A stretch of 64,000 nt of DNA, taken from assembly GCA_013239625.1 (NCBI GenBank), contig MU053365.1:62001-126000 (forward strand). The letters are read 5' to 3'. Every line of letters starts with the position of its first letter. Position 1 is the stretch's first letter. Below, in pieces: positions 13,793 to 27,219 of the stretch. This DNA comes from Lama guanicoe. Taxonomy: Eukaryota. Position numbers and translations under genes: made by a program. The notes under the pieces are model-generated. The model was not told where the DNA came from, did no database searches, and worked only from the letters and a program-made list of their open reading frames with translations.

Positions 13793-14109
13793 TTTAAATT
13801 GAGGTATAATTGACATATAACATCATATTAGTTTCAGGTGTACAACATAATGATTCAGTATTTGTATACATTGCAAAATGATCACCACATGTTGTTATGA
13901 AATTTTTCCTTTTCTTTTTTTCCCTTGTGATGAGGACTTTTAAGATTTAATCTCTTAGCAACTTTCAAATATGCAATACAGTATTATTAACTCTAGTCCC
14001 CATGCTGTACCTTACATCCTCATGACTTATTTATTTTATAACTGAAAGTTTGTACCTTTGAAATGAGTGAAGGGGGTCAAAAGGCACAAACTTCCAGATA
14101 TAAAATAAA
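13793..14109 (-). mobile_element. L1MA9-type 3' end with a short inverted duplicate segment
   Basis: Antisense 3' UTR 13793-14061 followed by a sense copy of overlapping sequence at 14062-14109. Confidence 0.8.
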
Positions 14110-15476
14110 GGAGGGCATTGCCTTTGGATGCAACCAGTGAAGAGAACCTGGGGCCAAGAAATCCTTACTCCAGGATAGATTTCCCACTGTCCTAGCAAAA
14201 TGGTCTTGGAGCCCCCATGGACAGTGCTGTTAAACCATTGGTCTGTGGATGAGACTGTTCGAATGCAGGCTGAACTCTGATTGGGGAAGAGAGGACAGGA
14301 AAGTAGAGGTAAATAGTAGCCCAGGTTTGCTAGGCCCAAACTGAATCACCCCCTCTGAGACTGCTTCCTCACTTTGCCTTGATGGAAACGGATTGATTTG
14401 GTCATCCTGTTGACACAAGTTACCCACTTCTATTTTCAGGGTTGGATAGGAGCCCATGGAGGAGCAAGACTTCCAGCAGGCCAGTCTCTGAGACTACTGG
14501 TCATCAGTCAGTTCCCCTCTGGCCTTTTCCCCCTGAGGACTTGGCAGGCTTAGTACCACACTTAAACCTGTGCGAAAAGAGCCCCACTCTGGTCCCTGTG
14601 CCTGAGATGGCCTTGCTTTGAGGAGGAGACAGTGGAGTCAAGGACACATCCCCACACAGAGCAGCTGGCCCCCTTCTAGAACACACAGTAGATACCTGGG
14701 AAACTGGAAGTCCTTCCCTAAATGGCCGCAAGCCCATTTCCAGTCTTCACAAGCTCCTTTCCTGTGTCTGTCTTCCTAGGGACACACGTGCAGTCTGCGT
14801 GTGCACCCACACGCCTGAGCGCTGGCCAGGAGGCAGCTGTGTGCCTTTGCAGGGAGGAGACAGGATGTAGTAAGCGCTTATAAACACGCGTGAGGCTGCT
14901 CACAGTGAGGGTCCAGCCCAGAGCGAGAAGGGAGGGGGTGGGGAGTGGCTCGGGTGCTGGGGGCTGGCAGTCCGCATTTAGGTGTAGGACTTGGAGACGG
15001 AGAATTTGACACTGGAACCTGGCCTTCCAGGTTGTTCTGAAGACATATTTGATTAGGTGGAAGGACAGGACATTTTGTTAGCTGTAAGGCTTTTAGAAGA
15101 AAACATACGAGAAATTCTTTCTGACCTTGGAGTAGGCAATGATTACTTAGATATGATTTTTAAAAAGCCCAATCAGTAAAAGAAAAAAAAACTATAAATT
15201 GGACTTTTTCAAAACTCAAAACTTAAGCTCTTCAAAAAACATTATTAAGAAAGTGAAAATATAACTAAGAGAATTGGAGACACTATTTGCAGATATTATG
15301 TCTGATAAGGAACTTGAACCCAGAATATAAACAGAAATCTTACAATTCAATAATAATAAGATGACCCAATTGACTAAATTAAAAATTTCAACATAAAACA
15401 TTTATGAATAAATAGTAAGCACATGAAAATGTATTCAACATCATTAGTCATTAGGGAAATGTAAATCAAAATTTGA

Positions 15477-15565
15477 GGGGTGGGCAAGTAGAGCTCAGTG
15501 GTAGAGCACGTGCTTGGTGTCCATGAGGTCTGGGGTTCAATCCCCAGTGCCTCTGTTAAATGGAG
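15477..15565 (+). mobile_element. tRNA-derived SINE (vic-1-like, short tail)
   Basis: A box 'agctcagtggtag', B box 'ggttcaatccc'. TSD AAAATTTGA at 15468-15476 and 15566-15574. Confidence 0.85.
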
Positions 15566-15574
15566 AAAATTTGA

Positions 15575-16098
15575 AAAGATACATGCACCCCAATGTTCAT
15601 AGCAGCATCATTTACAATTGCCAAGATATAGAAACAACTTAAGTGTCCAACAACAGATGACTGGATAAAGAAGATGTGGTGTGTACACACACACATACAC
15701 ACACACGCAATGGAATACTACTCAGCCATAAAAAAGAACAAAATTTTGCCATTTGCAGCAATGTGGATGGATTTGGAGGGCATTATGCTAAGTGAAATAA
15801 GTCAGACAGAGAAAGACAAATACTGCATGATAACACTTATCACTCATATGTGGAATCTAAAAAATATACCACCTAGTGAATATAACAAAAAGGCAGACTC
15901 ACAGGTATAGAGAACAAACTAGTGGTTACTAGTGAGAAAGAGGGGAGGACAATATAGGGCTGGGGGAGTGGGAGGTACAAACTATTGGGTGTAAGACAGG
16001 CTCAAGGGTGTATTGTACAATATGGGAAGTATAGGTAATATTTTGTAATAATTGTAAATGAAAAGTAACCTCTAAAAATTGTATACAAAAAAGAAAAA
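15575..16098 (+). mobile_element. Younger L1 3' end (5'-truncated)
   Basis: ORF 15674..15910 (MEYYSAIKKNKILPFAAMWMDLEGIMLSEISQ) is the L1 ORF2 C-terminus. Confidence 0.9.
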
Positions 16099-16800
16099 AC
16101 CATAATGATATACACTTCACACACACTAGGATGGCTATAATTTTTTTTAACTGGGAAATAATGCATTAGTGAGGATGTGAAGAAATTTGGAACCTCCATA
16201 CATTGCTGATGGGAACGGAAAATGGTGCAGCCACTTTGGAAAACAGTTTGGCAGTTCCTCAAACAGTTAAACAGAGTTACTATAGGACCCAGCAATTCCA
16301 CTCCTAGGTATATACCCAAAAGAACTGAAAATATTTGTCCAAAAAAAACTTGTATACAAACACCCACAGCAGCACTATTCAAAACAGATAAAAAGTAAAA
16401 ACACCCTAAATGTCCATCAACTGATGATGGGTAAACAAAGTGTTGTATAGCCACACAATTGGATATTATTCCTCCATAAAAAATAATGAAGTACCGATGC
16501 GTGCTCTGGCATGGATGACCCTTGAAAACATTATGCTGAGTGAAAGAAGCCAGTCACAAATTACTGCATATGGCATGATTCCATTTATATGAAATATCCA
16601 GAACAGGCAAATTAATAGAGACTTCAGAAAATAAATCAGTGGTTACTTAAGTTTGTGGGGGAGGTTAGGGATCATAGGTAGTGATTGTGCAGGCGAGATC
16701 TCTTTGTGGTGAGGAAGTGTTCTAAAACTGGAGAGTAGTGGTGGTTGCACAAATAGAAATTTTCTAAAAATCATTGAATTGTGCATTTAAAATTGATGAT

Positions 16801-17331
16801 TTTATAGCCAAGACATGGAAACAATCTAAATGTCCATTGACAGATGACTGGATAATGAAGTTGTGGTATATATACAATGGAATACTACTCAGCCATAAAA
16901 ATAATGAAATAATACCACTTGCAGCAACACGAATGGACCTAGAGATGATTATACTAAGTGAAGTAAGTCACTCAGAGAAAGACGAATATTTATATGTGGA
17001 ATCTTAGAAAGTGATACAAATGAACTATTTACAAAACACAAACAGACTCACAGACATAGAAAACAAATTTATTGTTACCAGGGGGGAAAGGGAGTCAGGA
17101 GGGATAAATTGGGAGTTTGGAATTTGCAGATACACACTACTATATATAAAATAGGTAAACAACAAGGTCCTACTGTATAGCACAGGGGACTATATTCAAT
17201 ATCTTGTAATAACTTATAATAAAAAGAATCTGAAAAAAGAATACATATATATGTATAACTGAGTCACTATGCTGTACACCAGAAATTAACACAACATTGT
17301 AAACCAACTCTACTTCAATTAAAAACTTAAA
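16801..17331 (+). mobile_element. Cetartiodactyl-type L1 3' end (5'-truncated)
   Basis: ORF2 terminus (IAKTWKQSKCPLTDDWI) and 3' UTR. TSD TAAAA(T/C)TGATGAT at 16788-16800 and 17332-17344. Confidence 0.9.
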
Positions 17332-18443
17332 TAAAACTGATGATGTATAGTATTTGCATCTCAGTGAAGCTGTTTAAAAAACAAAACAAAACAAACCTAA
17401 AACCATAGGCCTGCCTAGGATGTAGCAAAATTGAGGAACAGAGGCCTTGCTGTCAAGCAGTTCACAATTTAGAATCTCTAATTCTAATGCTAATCTCAAT
17501 TTTTTTCCCTCTGCTAATTGCTCATGATAATCTAGATTTCTCCCTGATCTATAAGAAATAAGCTTGGAACAGCCTCTGACTGCAGAAACTGTTACTTAAA
17601 AAAAGATCCTTGCCCCACCTCTTTGCATCATTAAAACCATATAAAACCCTATTCCCATTAAAACCAGACAGCTAAACTTCCACCACAATGTGTAAGTGAC
17701 AAGGTGTGTACCCCGGCATGGCAGCGGGATTTCTAAAATCTCGCCTTCGGTTTTTGCTTTCAGTATTTAGGATATGGAGCTGGCAATCGGGAGTGTTGTT
17801 ATGCGATAAAGCTCAATCCATACTGCCCCTCCAGAATGTTTATTCCTTCCCATCACTCAGACAACCTAAGCAATCTATAGTATAATTGTATTCTGCCACC
17901 GGGCTCTCAGCATACAATAATGCAGACCTTCCAAATGCTTAATGTAGTCATTAGCTGTGCGGTATAGTAGAAATTCGCGGATGTGGTAGAGGGTTGGGGA
18001 GAAGCTATTTTTTAAACAGAGACAAATAACAGAACATCTGCAGCCCTCTGCCAGGAGATCCTATTTTCCTTTCTTCTTAGGAGTTTGAAATTCACTCCAG
18101 AGGGAGCAGTGCAAAAATTAGAGTTGGACTGAACCAAAATAGTCCAGAAAGGGGTGTCCAGGCTTGGAGGAAATGCTCTCCGCCAAGGGCACAAGGGCTG
18201 CTTCCTGTGGCCAACAGCAGGCACTGCAGGTGGAGACCCAGGAAGGATGCCAAACCTTTCTGTTGCCAAGGTGGAGGGAGTGCCTTAGCACTTGTATTGC
18301 TGTTTGAAAGTAAAAATGCCCCCAGCAAATAGGAGACTCCAATTTATAGGAAGAAAAAAGTTAGAGAGAGAAAAAATTAGTCCAGATCCGAAAAAGAAGA
18401 TTAAGAGATCTTTCCTTAGGGACTTGACTGTGTTTTCATAGAG

Positions 18444-18628
18444 CAGCGCTATCCAATACAGTAGTCACTAGTCACCTGTGACTGTTTAAATTTGCGTTAA
18501 CTAAATTAAATTAAAATTTCACTTCTTCAGTCTTGACACATTTCAAGTGCTCGATGGAAGCCACATGTAGCTAGCGGCTACCATATTGGACAGTGTAGAT
18601 ATACAACATTTTCTTTTGAACAGCGCTA
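18444..18628. mobile_element. MER3-like hAT-Charlie MITE
   Basis: Termini 'cagcgctatccaata' / 'ttgaacagcgct', with internal 'agccacatgtagctag'. Confidence 0.8.
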
Positions 18629-18816
18629 TTTAATCTAGGATAATAAGAAAAGATATATTGTCTGCTCCCACCTGTTCATCCTGTAAACAGGGAAAATTGA
18701 TTATCTGTTGAGGAAGTATGATTCTGTGAGGTTAAATTTGGGCCAGTAGGCACTATGGATATGCATGTAGCTCCTGGCGTTTGCCCAGATCAGGTTCTCA
18801 CCCTCAGGCTCTCATC

Positions 18817-18942
18817 CTATGGTTCTCAAACCAGGCTGCACCTTAGAATCGCCTGGAGAGATTTCAAAACTCCCAGTGCTTAGGCCATTAGGCTGACCAA
18901 TTAAATCAGAATTTCTGGGGAGTTGGATCAGGCATCAGGTTA
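18817..18942. mobile_element. MER5A fragment
   Basis: 'tggttctcaaac..ggctgcaccttagaatcgcctgg'. Confidence 0.75.
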
Positions 18943-21900
18943 TTCCTTTTTAATCTTTACTTTAGAATAATTTTAGTTTTACAGAAAAATTGCAAAGATA
19001 ATGGAGTTCCCACATACCCCACTCCTAGTTTCCCATATTATTGACATTTTACGTTTGCATGGTACACCTGTCACAATTAATAAACCAATATCAATATGCT
19101 ATTATTACTAAGATCCAGACTTCATTCAGATTTCCTAAGTTTTTACCTAATGTCTTTTTTGTGTTCTAGGATTCCATCCAGGATAGCTATTGTAACGTTT
19201 GGCTGTCGTGTCTCCTGAGGCTCCCTGGGGTATGACAGTTTCTCAGACTTTCCTTGCTCTTGATGACTTTGACAGTTTTGAGGAGTGCTGGTCAGGCATT
19301 TTGCAGAGCGACTCTCAATTGTGATTCGTCTGATGTATTTCTCATGATTAGACTAAAGTTATGGGTTTTAGGAAGAAGATCACAGAGGGAAAGTGCCATT
19401 TTCATCACATCGTATTAGGAGTGGTTACATACCATCCTTATGACTCATCACTATTGAATTCATTGCAATAGTCTCTGTTAGGTTTGTCTGCTGTAAAGTT
19501 AGTCTGTTTCCTCCCTTCCCAACTGCACCATTTTGGAAGGAAGTCACTATGTCCAGCCCACATTTAAGTGGGGCGCTACACTCCCCTTCCTTGAAGGGAG
19601 AGTGTCTACATACATTATTTGGAATTCTTCTATGAGGGAGATTTGTTTCTTCTCTTCCACTTATTTATCAATCATTTGATTATATAATATGGACTCATGT
19701 ACATTTATTTTATACTTCCAGTTACATAATCCAATGAGTTATTTATTTTGTTGCTCAAATTGTTACACCTCTGACTATTGGAAACTCTTTCAGTTGACAT
19801 GCGTATCCCTTTGACATAACCCTATCAATTTAGGGTTTTGTTTTATTTTGTTTCTTAGCACTTCCTTATTGTACTACAAGATACTGCAGGATCATCTTGT
19901 ATATTTCCTGACCCGTTCCTGGAATCAGCCGTTTCTCCAATGAGCCTTGGTTCCTTTTATTAGTAAGACCAAGAACTGGGCACTAAGTGTGCTTATTGCT
20001 TTTGGGGTGGCATTGCTTCTAGGACCTCAGGTGACACAGCAAAGAAATTTCTGTGCGTATACCAACCTAGGTATATGCATACACATATCTATAAATATTT
20101 CTATATGTAACCATCTGTATCTCTATTAAGCTAAATATGAGTTCCTACTGTTGTCTATGACTCAATTTTAGGACCATGGGGTTCACTCTAGCCTCCCTTC
20201 CATGCTTGTCTATATCCTCTCCACTCCAACAGTGAGAAACCTGGCTCCCACCATATACCATCCATTTACTCGATTGTTGAGTTCCAGTCTGCATGAATAC
20301 TGGTAACAGAATTACCGACCCTTACCCCTGTGGGAAACAAATGTATCAACTAGAGTACAGTGCCTGTGTACAGTTCCCACTGTCTTTAGTCTCGCAGACT
20401 CCATACATTTCCAGAGTTCCTGAGGTCAGCACTTTTCTCCCCAACTCCTTTCAATAGGTTGTCTCATAACTTTGTGATACAGTTAGATTCTTTTGTCACT
20501 TATGCGTTTCATCCTGAGATTTCTTGACATCATAAATGCTTTTTAAATTTTGCATAATTAAGGTACACTCTTTGTACTGTAAAATCTTATGGGCTTTGAA
20601 AATGAATAGAATCATGTATCCACCATTATAGTATCATTCAGAATAGTTTCACTGACATAAAAAAAATACCCTGTATTCAACTCCCTCCGCCTCACTCCAA
20701 ACGCCCAGTAATCATGCTTTGTTTGCCCTCCTTGCCTTTTCCAGAATGTCATATAGATAGAGTCATACAGTAGGTAGCCTTTTCAAACTGGCTTCTTTCA
20801 CTTAGCAGTATGTATTTTTGTGCATGACTTTGCATGGTTTGACAGCTCATTGATTTTTATTACTGAATAGTATTCCATTGTGTGGATATGGAATGTTTAT
20901 CTATTCACCTGTATGATTGGCTGTTTCCAGTTTTTGGCAATTATGATGAAAACTGCTATATACATTCACATGCAGATTTTTGTGGGGGCATAAATTTTCA
21001 ATTCAGTTGGGTAAATACCTAGGAGCACGATTAATGGATTATATGGTAAGACCCTGGTCACCTTTATAAGAAACTGCCAAACTGTCTTCCAAAGTGGTTG
21101 TATCATTTTGCATTCCCTCCAGCAGTGAATGAGAACTCCTGTTACTCGGCATCTTTGCCAATAATTGGTATTGTCAGTTTTTGGATTTTGGCCATTCCAA
21201 TACATATGATTTTAAAAAGTTATTCAGACATACAGTTTACATATATTAAAATGGGTACATTTTATTTTATAGTTGAATGATATGCATCTGTGTAACCACA
21301 ACCACAATCAAGATATAGAATATTTATATTACCCTAAAAGACTTCCCTGTGCTGCTTTCCAGTCCCCCACATTCCACTCCAATTGACCTGTCTTCCATCA
21401 CTATAGAGTAGATATGTTTTTCCTAGAGTTTCATAAAAATGGAAACATGGTACATGTGCCCTTTTTGTGTTTAGCTTCTTCTGCTAACACGAATATTTTG
21501 GTGATTCATTCATGTTCTGTGGATCAGTAGTCCTTTTTTTTTTAATTGTGTGATAGGATTCCATTGTAGAAATATACCACAATTATTTACTTATTCATAT
21601 GTTTTAGAATACTGGGGTTGTTTTCAATTTTTGAGTATTATGAATAAATATGCTGGGAACATTTTGTATTTCATTCATTTGGGAAAATACTTAGCAGTGG
21701 GATTGCTGGGTCATAATTTAGATGTTCACTTAACATTTTAAGAAACTGTCAGTTTTCCAAATTGGTGGTATCATATTACATTCTCACCAGCAGTGAATGA
21801 GAGTTTTAGTCAATTCACATCCTTGCCAACACTTGGTATTAAAAATATTTTTCACATTAGCTATTAGAGATATTTTGTGTGGTTTTTAATTGCATTTTTC

Positions 21901-23907
21901 TGATGATTTGTGATGTGGAATATCTATTCATATGCTTGCTAACCACTTGTATATCATCTTTTATGACTAGTCTATTCAAATCTTTTGTCAGTTTTTTTAA
22001 CTGGGTTGTTAGCTTTCTTATTGCTGTGCTGTAAGATTTGTTTGCACATTCTATATACAATTCTTTTGTCAGATATATGTATTGCAAATATTTTCTCCCT
22101 TCCCTTGACTTGATTTTTCATTTTGCTAATGTTTTCTTTTGAAGACCAGACACTTTTAAATTTATGAAGTCTAGTTTATCGGTTTTTCTTTGCTACATCA
22201 TGCTATTTGCATCCAATTTAACGAATTTTTGCTTACTCCAATGCCACAATGATTTTCTCCTATGATGCCTTACCAAAGTTTTATATTTTTAGCTTTTATT
22301 CTATAATCTTTTTGTGAATTAATTTTTGTGTATGGTGTGAGGTAAGGGTCAAGGTTTGCTTTTTTCCATATGAATACCCAGTTATTCTAGCATTATTTGT
22401 TGAAAGACTGTGTCTTTCCCTATTGAATTACCTTGGCAACTGTTGAAGATCAATTGGTCATTAATACATGGATCTGTTTCTGGAGTCACTATTCTCGTCC
22501 ATTGACCTGTGCATGTACCCTTATGCCAATATCACACTTTCTTGCTTACTGTGGCATTGCAATTAAGTAGTGTAAGTCCTCTAAACTTTTTATTTTGAAA
22601 TATTCCTTTGGGCATTCTAGGTCCTTTCGTTTCTATATAACTTTTAGAATCAGTGTGCCAGTTATTACTAAAACATTCCTGTTAGGGTTTGACCATGATC
22701 AGGTTGAATCTAATGATCAGTTTGGGGAGAACTAATGTCTTAACAATACTGAGCCTTCCTCCCACGAACATGACATATCTCTTTGTTTACTTGTGCCTTT
22801 AATTTTTCTCAAAAATGGTTTGGGGTTTTCAGTATACTTATTTGATTAATCCTATCTTGCATATTTCCTGGTTTTTAACAATCCTATAGTAAGTTGTATT
22901 ATTCTTTAAATTTCAATTTCTAATTGTTTGCTACTAGTATTTAGGATTACAATTGGTTTATTACATATTAACCTTGTATCTTTTGACCTTGCTAAAATCA
23001 CTTACTAAGTCTAGTAGATATTTTGTATGTTTCTTAAGATCCTCTACGTGCATGATCATGTTGTTTGTAGCGGAAATGAATTTGTATATATATATTTATT
23101 TTCCCATATATTCTACTGCCTTATTGCAATAGTTAGGATTTCCAGTATGATGCTGACTAGAAGTGGTGAAAGTAGTCATCCTTGCTTGTTCCTGCTTTTA
23201 GTGGGAAAGCAGTCATTCTTTCACTATTAAGTATGATGTTAATTTTAGGGTTTTTTTTTAACATGTCCTTTTTTTTAGATTCAGGAAGTTTCCTTCTATT
23301 CCCAGTTTGCTGACAGGCTCAACCATGAATGGATGTTAGGTTTTTTGAGGGCTTTTTCTCCTTCTGTTGAGATGGTCACAGGTTTTCCTTCTTTATTCTG
23401 TTACAATGGTAAATTACATTAATGAATTGTTGAATGTTAAATATACTTTGCATTCCTGGGATAAACTCCATTTGGTCATGATGTACTCCCTTTTTTTCAT
23501 GCTGTTGGATTTGACTTTGTAACATTTTCCTGGAAAGTTATAGCTATGTTCAGGGAGGATATCCACCTGTAGTTTTCTTTTCATTTAATGTCTTTAGCTG
23601 GTTTGGGTTTATGAGTAATACTGGCTTCATAGAACGAGTTGGAAAGTAGATCCTCCTAGTCAATTTTCTGGAGCTGTTTGAATATACATTTTAAAAACAT
23701 ATTTGCTAAAGTTTACCTCTGATGCTATCTGGGCTTGGGGTTTACTTTGTTGGAAGTTTTTAACAACTGTTCCATTTCTTCAATATGTTCAGCACTTTTC
23801 AGTTTACATATTTCTTCTTGAATTAGCCTTGGTAGTCTGTCTTTCAAGAAATTTGTCCATTTTATCTGAGTTGACATACTTATTGGCATAGAGTTATTCA
23901 TAATATC

Positions 23908-24232
23908 TTTTTTAATTTTTAAATTGAAGTAAAATATGCATAACATCCAATTTATCATTATAACCATTTACAAGTGTCCAGTTCAGTGGCATTAAATACA
24001 TTCACATTATTGTGCAACCAGCACCTCCATCCATTCCCAGAACTCTTTTCATCTTATACAACTAAAACTCTGTCCCCACTGAGTTAGTTTCCTTCTGTTT
24101 CTAGTTTATTGGGTGTTTTTATCATTAAATGGTATTGGATTCTGTCAGATGTTTTCTGTATCAATTGAGATGCTCGTGTGTTTTTTCCCTTTATTCCAAT
24201 GTATTACGCTGATTGATTTTCATATTTTGAAA
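23908..24232 (-). mobile_element. Small nested L1 (ORF2 piece fused to the 3' UTR end)
   Basis: Flanked by CATAATATC at 23899-23907 and 24233-24241. Confidence 0.65.
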
Positions 24233-25779
24233 CATAATATCCTCTTGTTGGTCTTTAAGTATCTGCAGAATCTTTAGTGATGTTGCCTCACTCATTCATG
24301 ACATTGATAACTTGTGTCTTTTCACTTTTTCTCTCTGATCATCATGGCTAGGTGTTTATCAGTTCTATAGACGGACTCAAGGAATCAGATTTAATTTCAT
24401 TGATTTTCACTATTGTTTTTGTTTTCTATGTCAATGATTCTGCTCTGATCTTTATTACTTCCATATGTATGTTTAGTTTAGGTTCCATTTGCTCTTTTTT
24501 TTTCTAGTTCTTTAATGTACAAGTTAAGGTCATTGATCTGAGACCTTTCTTCTTTTCTAACAGGTGTATAATGCTATAAATTTTCTTATAAGTACTGCAT
24601 CCCATAAATTTTGATATGTTGTGTTTTCATTTTCATATAGTTTAACACATTTTAAAATTTCCATTTTGATGTCTTCTTTGTTTTATAAGTTATTTATATA
24701 TATTTTAGCTTACAAATATTGGAGGATTTTTCACATATCTTTCTCTTATTGATTTCCCCTTTAATTCTATAGTGGTCAGAGAATATACTTTATATAACTT
24801 GAATCTTTTAAAATTTAGTTTGATTTGTGTTAAGACCCACAATATGGCCTTTCTTGGTAAATGTTCCATGTACATTTGAAGAAGAAAATGTGTATTCTGC
24901 TATATATGTCAGTTAGGTCCAATGGACCAATTTTATTGTTCAGGTCTTTTAAAGCATTGCTGATTTTGTGTCCATACTTTCTATCAGTTACTGAGAGAGA
25001 AGTATTATAATCGCCAATTTTAACAGTGGGTGTTTCTAGGTAGTTTTTAAATTTTTTCTTTATATATTTAGAAACTCAGTTCTAAGGCTCTGAAATGCTT
25101 AGATTGCTATGCTGTGTTGATAAATTGACACATTTAACACTATAAAATGATCGTCTTTATCTCAAATAATACTCTTTTCTCCGAAATCTACTTTGATATT
25201 AATATAACAATTCCATCGTTCTTTGGATTAGTGTCAGCATGAAATTTTAGCCTATTTGTGTCTTTATATTTAAAGTTGCTTTCTTGCAGGCAGCATACAG
25301 TTAGGTTTTGCTTTTTTATCCAATCTGATTTTCTCCGCCTTTTGTGCATGTGGTGTTTAGACTGTTCACATGTAATCTGATTATTGATACTGTTGGGTTT
25401 AAATCTATCACTTTCTATTTGTTTTCTATTTGTCGCATCTGTTCTTTGTTCCTCTTTTTCTGCCATCTTTTGGATGAACTGTTTTTTACATTTCCATTTT
25501 ATCTCCTTTGTTGGCTTATTAGCTATAACTCTCAGTTTTGTTATTCAGTGGTTCCCATAAGGTTTATACTGTACATTTTGTACTTATCACAGTCTGTCTT
25601 CAAGTGACATTATATGTATGCTTCACATAAAATATGAGAACCATACAGAAATATACTTCAATCTCTCTCCTCCTGACCTTTGTGCTGTCATTTTCATACA
25701 TTTTACCTCTACATATATAATAAATCCCCCAATACAATGTTATTCTTTTTCTCTTTAAAACAGTCCATTATCTTTTGAA

Positions 25780-26062
25780 ACATCTTTATTAAGATTTATT
25801 CATATACCATATAATTCACTCATTTAAAGTGTACAATTCAGTGGTTTTTTACTGTGTGCAGAGATATATTCAGCCATCACCACAGTCAAGTTCAGATTAT
25901 TTTTATCACCTAAGGAAAAAAAAAACAACCCTGTATCTTTCAGCTATCACTCCCCTTCACCCTGTTCCCACTCTCCCCCCAGCACTAAGCAAGCACTGAT
26001 ATACTCTGTCTCTGTGGAGCCCTATTCTGGACTTTCATATGAATGGAATCATATAGCATGAT
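25780..26062 (-). mobile_element. Nested L1MB 3' end
   Basis: Similar to 10520-10790. Confidence 0.7.
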
Positions 26063-27001
26063 TTCCAATGAGAAATCTGTTATCTTCATCTTTGTTCCTC
26101 TCTGCATGATATATCATTCTTGTTTCCTCTGGCTAGTTTTAAGATTTTCTTTTTATTATTGATTTCAAGCAATTTGATCGTGATATGTCCTTGTGTAGCT
26201 TTCTTCATATTTCTTGTCCTTGGGACTGTTGAGCTTCATGGATCTGCTAGTTTACAGTTGTCATCAAATTTTGAAAGATTTTGGCCATTATTTCTTCAAA
26301 TATTTTTCGTATTTCCTCTCCTCTCTCTTTTGGGGACTTCAGTTATGTGTGTGTGTGTGTGTAGTTGCTTGAAGTTGTATGCATTTCACTGTTGCTCTGT
26401 TTATTTATTCATGCTTTTAGTTTGCTTTCACTCTGTGTTTCATTTTAGATGGTATGTATTGTTATGTCTTTATAATCTTTTCATCTGCAATGTGTAATCT
26501 GTCATTAATCCCATCCTAGTCTATTTTCCTTCTTAGCCTATTTTAGTTTTCACGTCTAGAATTTGGTTTGGATCATTCCACATGTTCCATTTCTCTATGG
26601 AGTGCGTCCAGTCTTTCCTGTAGCTTCTTGAACATATGGAATACAGTTAAAATTGTTTTAATGTCTTTGACTATTAATTTCACCTATCTATTTCACTTCT
26701 CTGTCAACTTCAGTAGACTTTTCTCCTCATTATGGGTTGCACTTTTTTTCTTCTTTGCCTGTCTGGTAAATTTTTTTATTGGGTGGTGGGCATTGTCAGT
26801 TTTACCTTATTAAATCAACTGAATATTTTTACACTCCTAAAAATATTCTTGAGCTTTGTTCTGGGATGCAGTTAAGTGGAAATAATTTGATCCTTTCAGG
26901 TCTTGCATGAGCAAAATTTTGTTAGTTGGGGCAAGAACAGGATTTAGTCTAGGGTTTATTTTTCACCACTACTGAGGCAACATCCTTTTTATTACTTTAA
27001 C

Positions 27002-27219
27002 CTGGGATTTCTCAACCTCAGTTCTAATGATATTTTGGAGCAGATAATTCCTTGTGGTGAGGGGCTGTCCTGTACACTGTAGGATGTTTAACAGTATCCC
27101 TGGCCCTTACACACTGTGTGTTAGTAGTGTGCCTCCAGTTGTGACAACTACAAATGTCTCTCCAGACATTGCCAAATGTCCCCTAAGGGACAAAATTACC
27201 TTCAATTTGGGAAACACAG
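27002..27219 (-). mobile_element. MER20 DNA transposon, near full length
   Basis: 'ggggctgtcctgtacactgtaggatgtttaacag...tctccagacattgccaaatgtcccc'. Degenerate TSD ctttaac/ctctaac. Confidence 0.88.

Larger units (their letters stand above)
15085..17390 (+). mobile_element. L1MB-type element interrupted by two younger L1 3' ends and a SINE
   Basis: Host sequence resumes at about 16095 ('aaaaccataatgatatac') and at about 17332. Confidence 0.8.

Noticed and set aside
15477..16098. SINE-L1 chimeric retroelement
   Set aside because: The SINE has its own TSD, indicating independent nesting.
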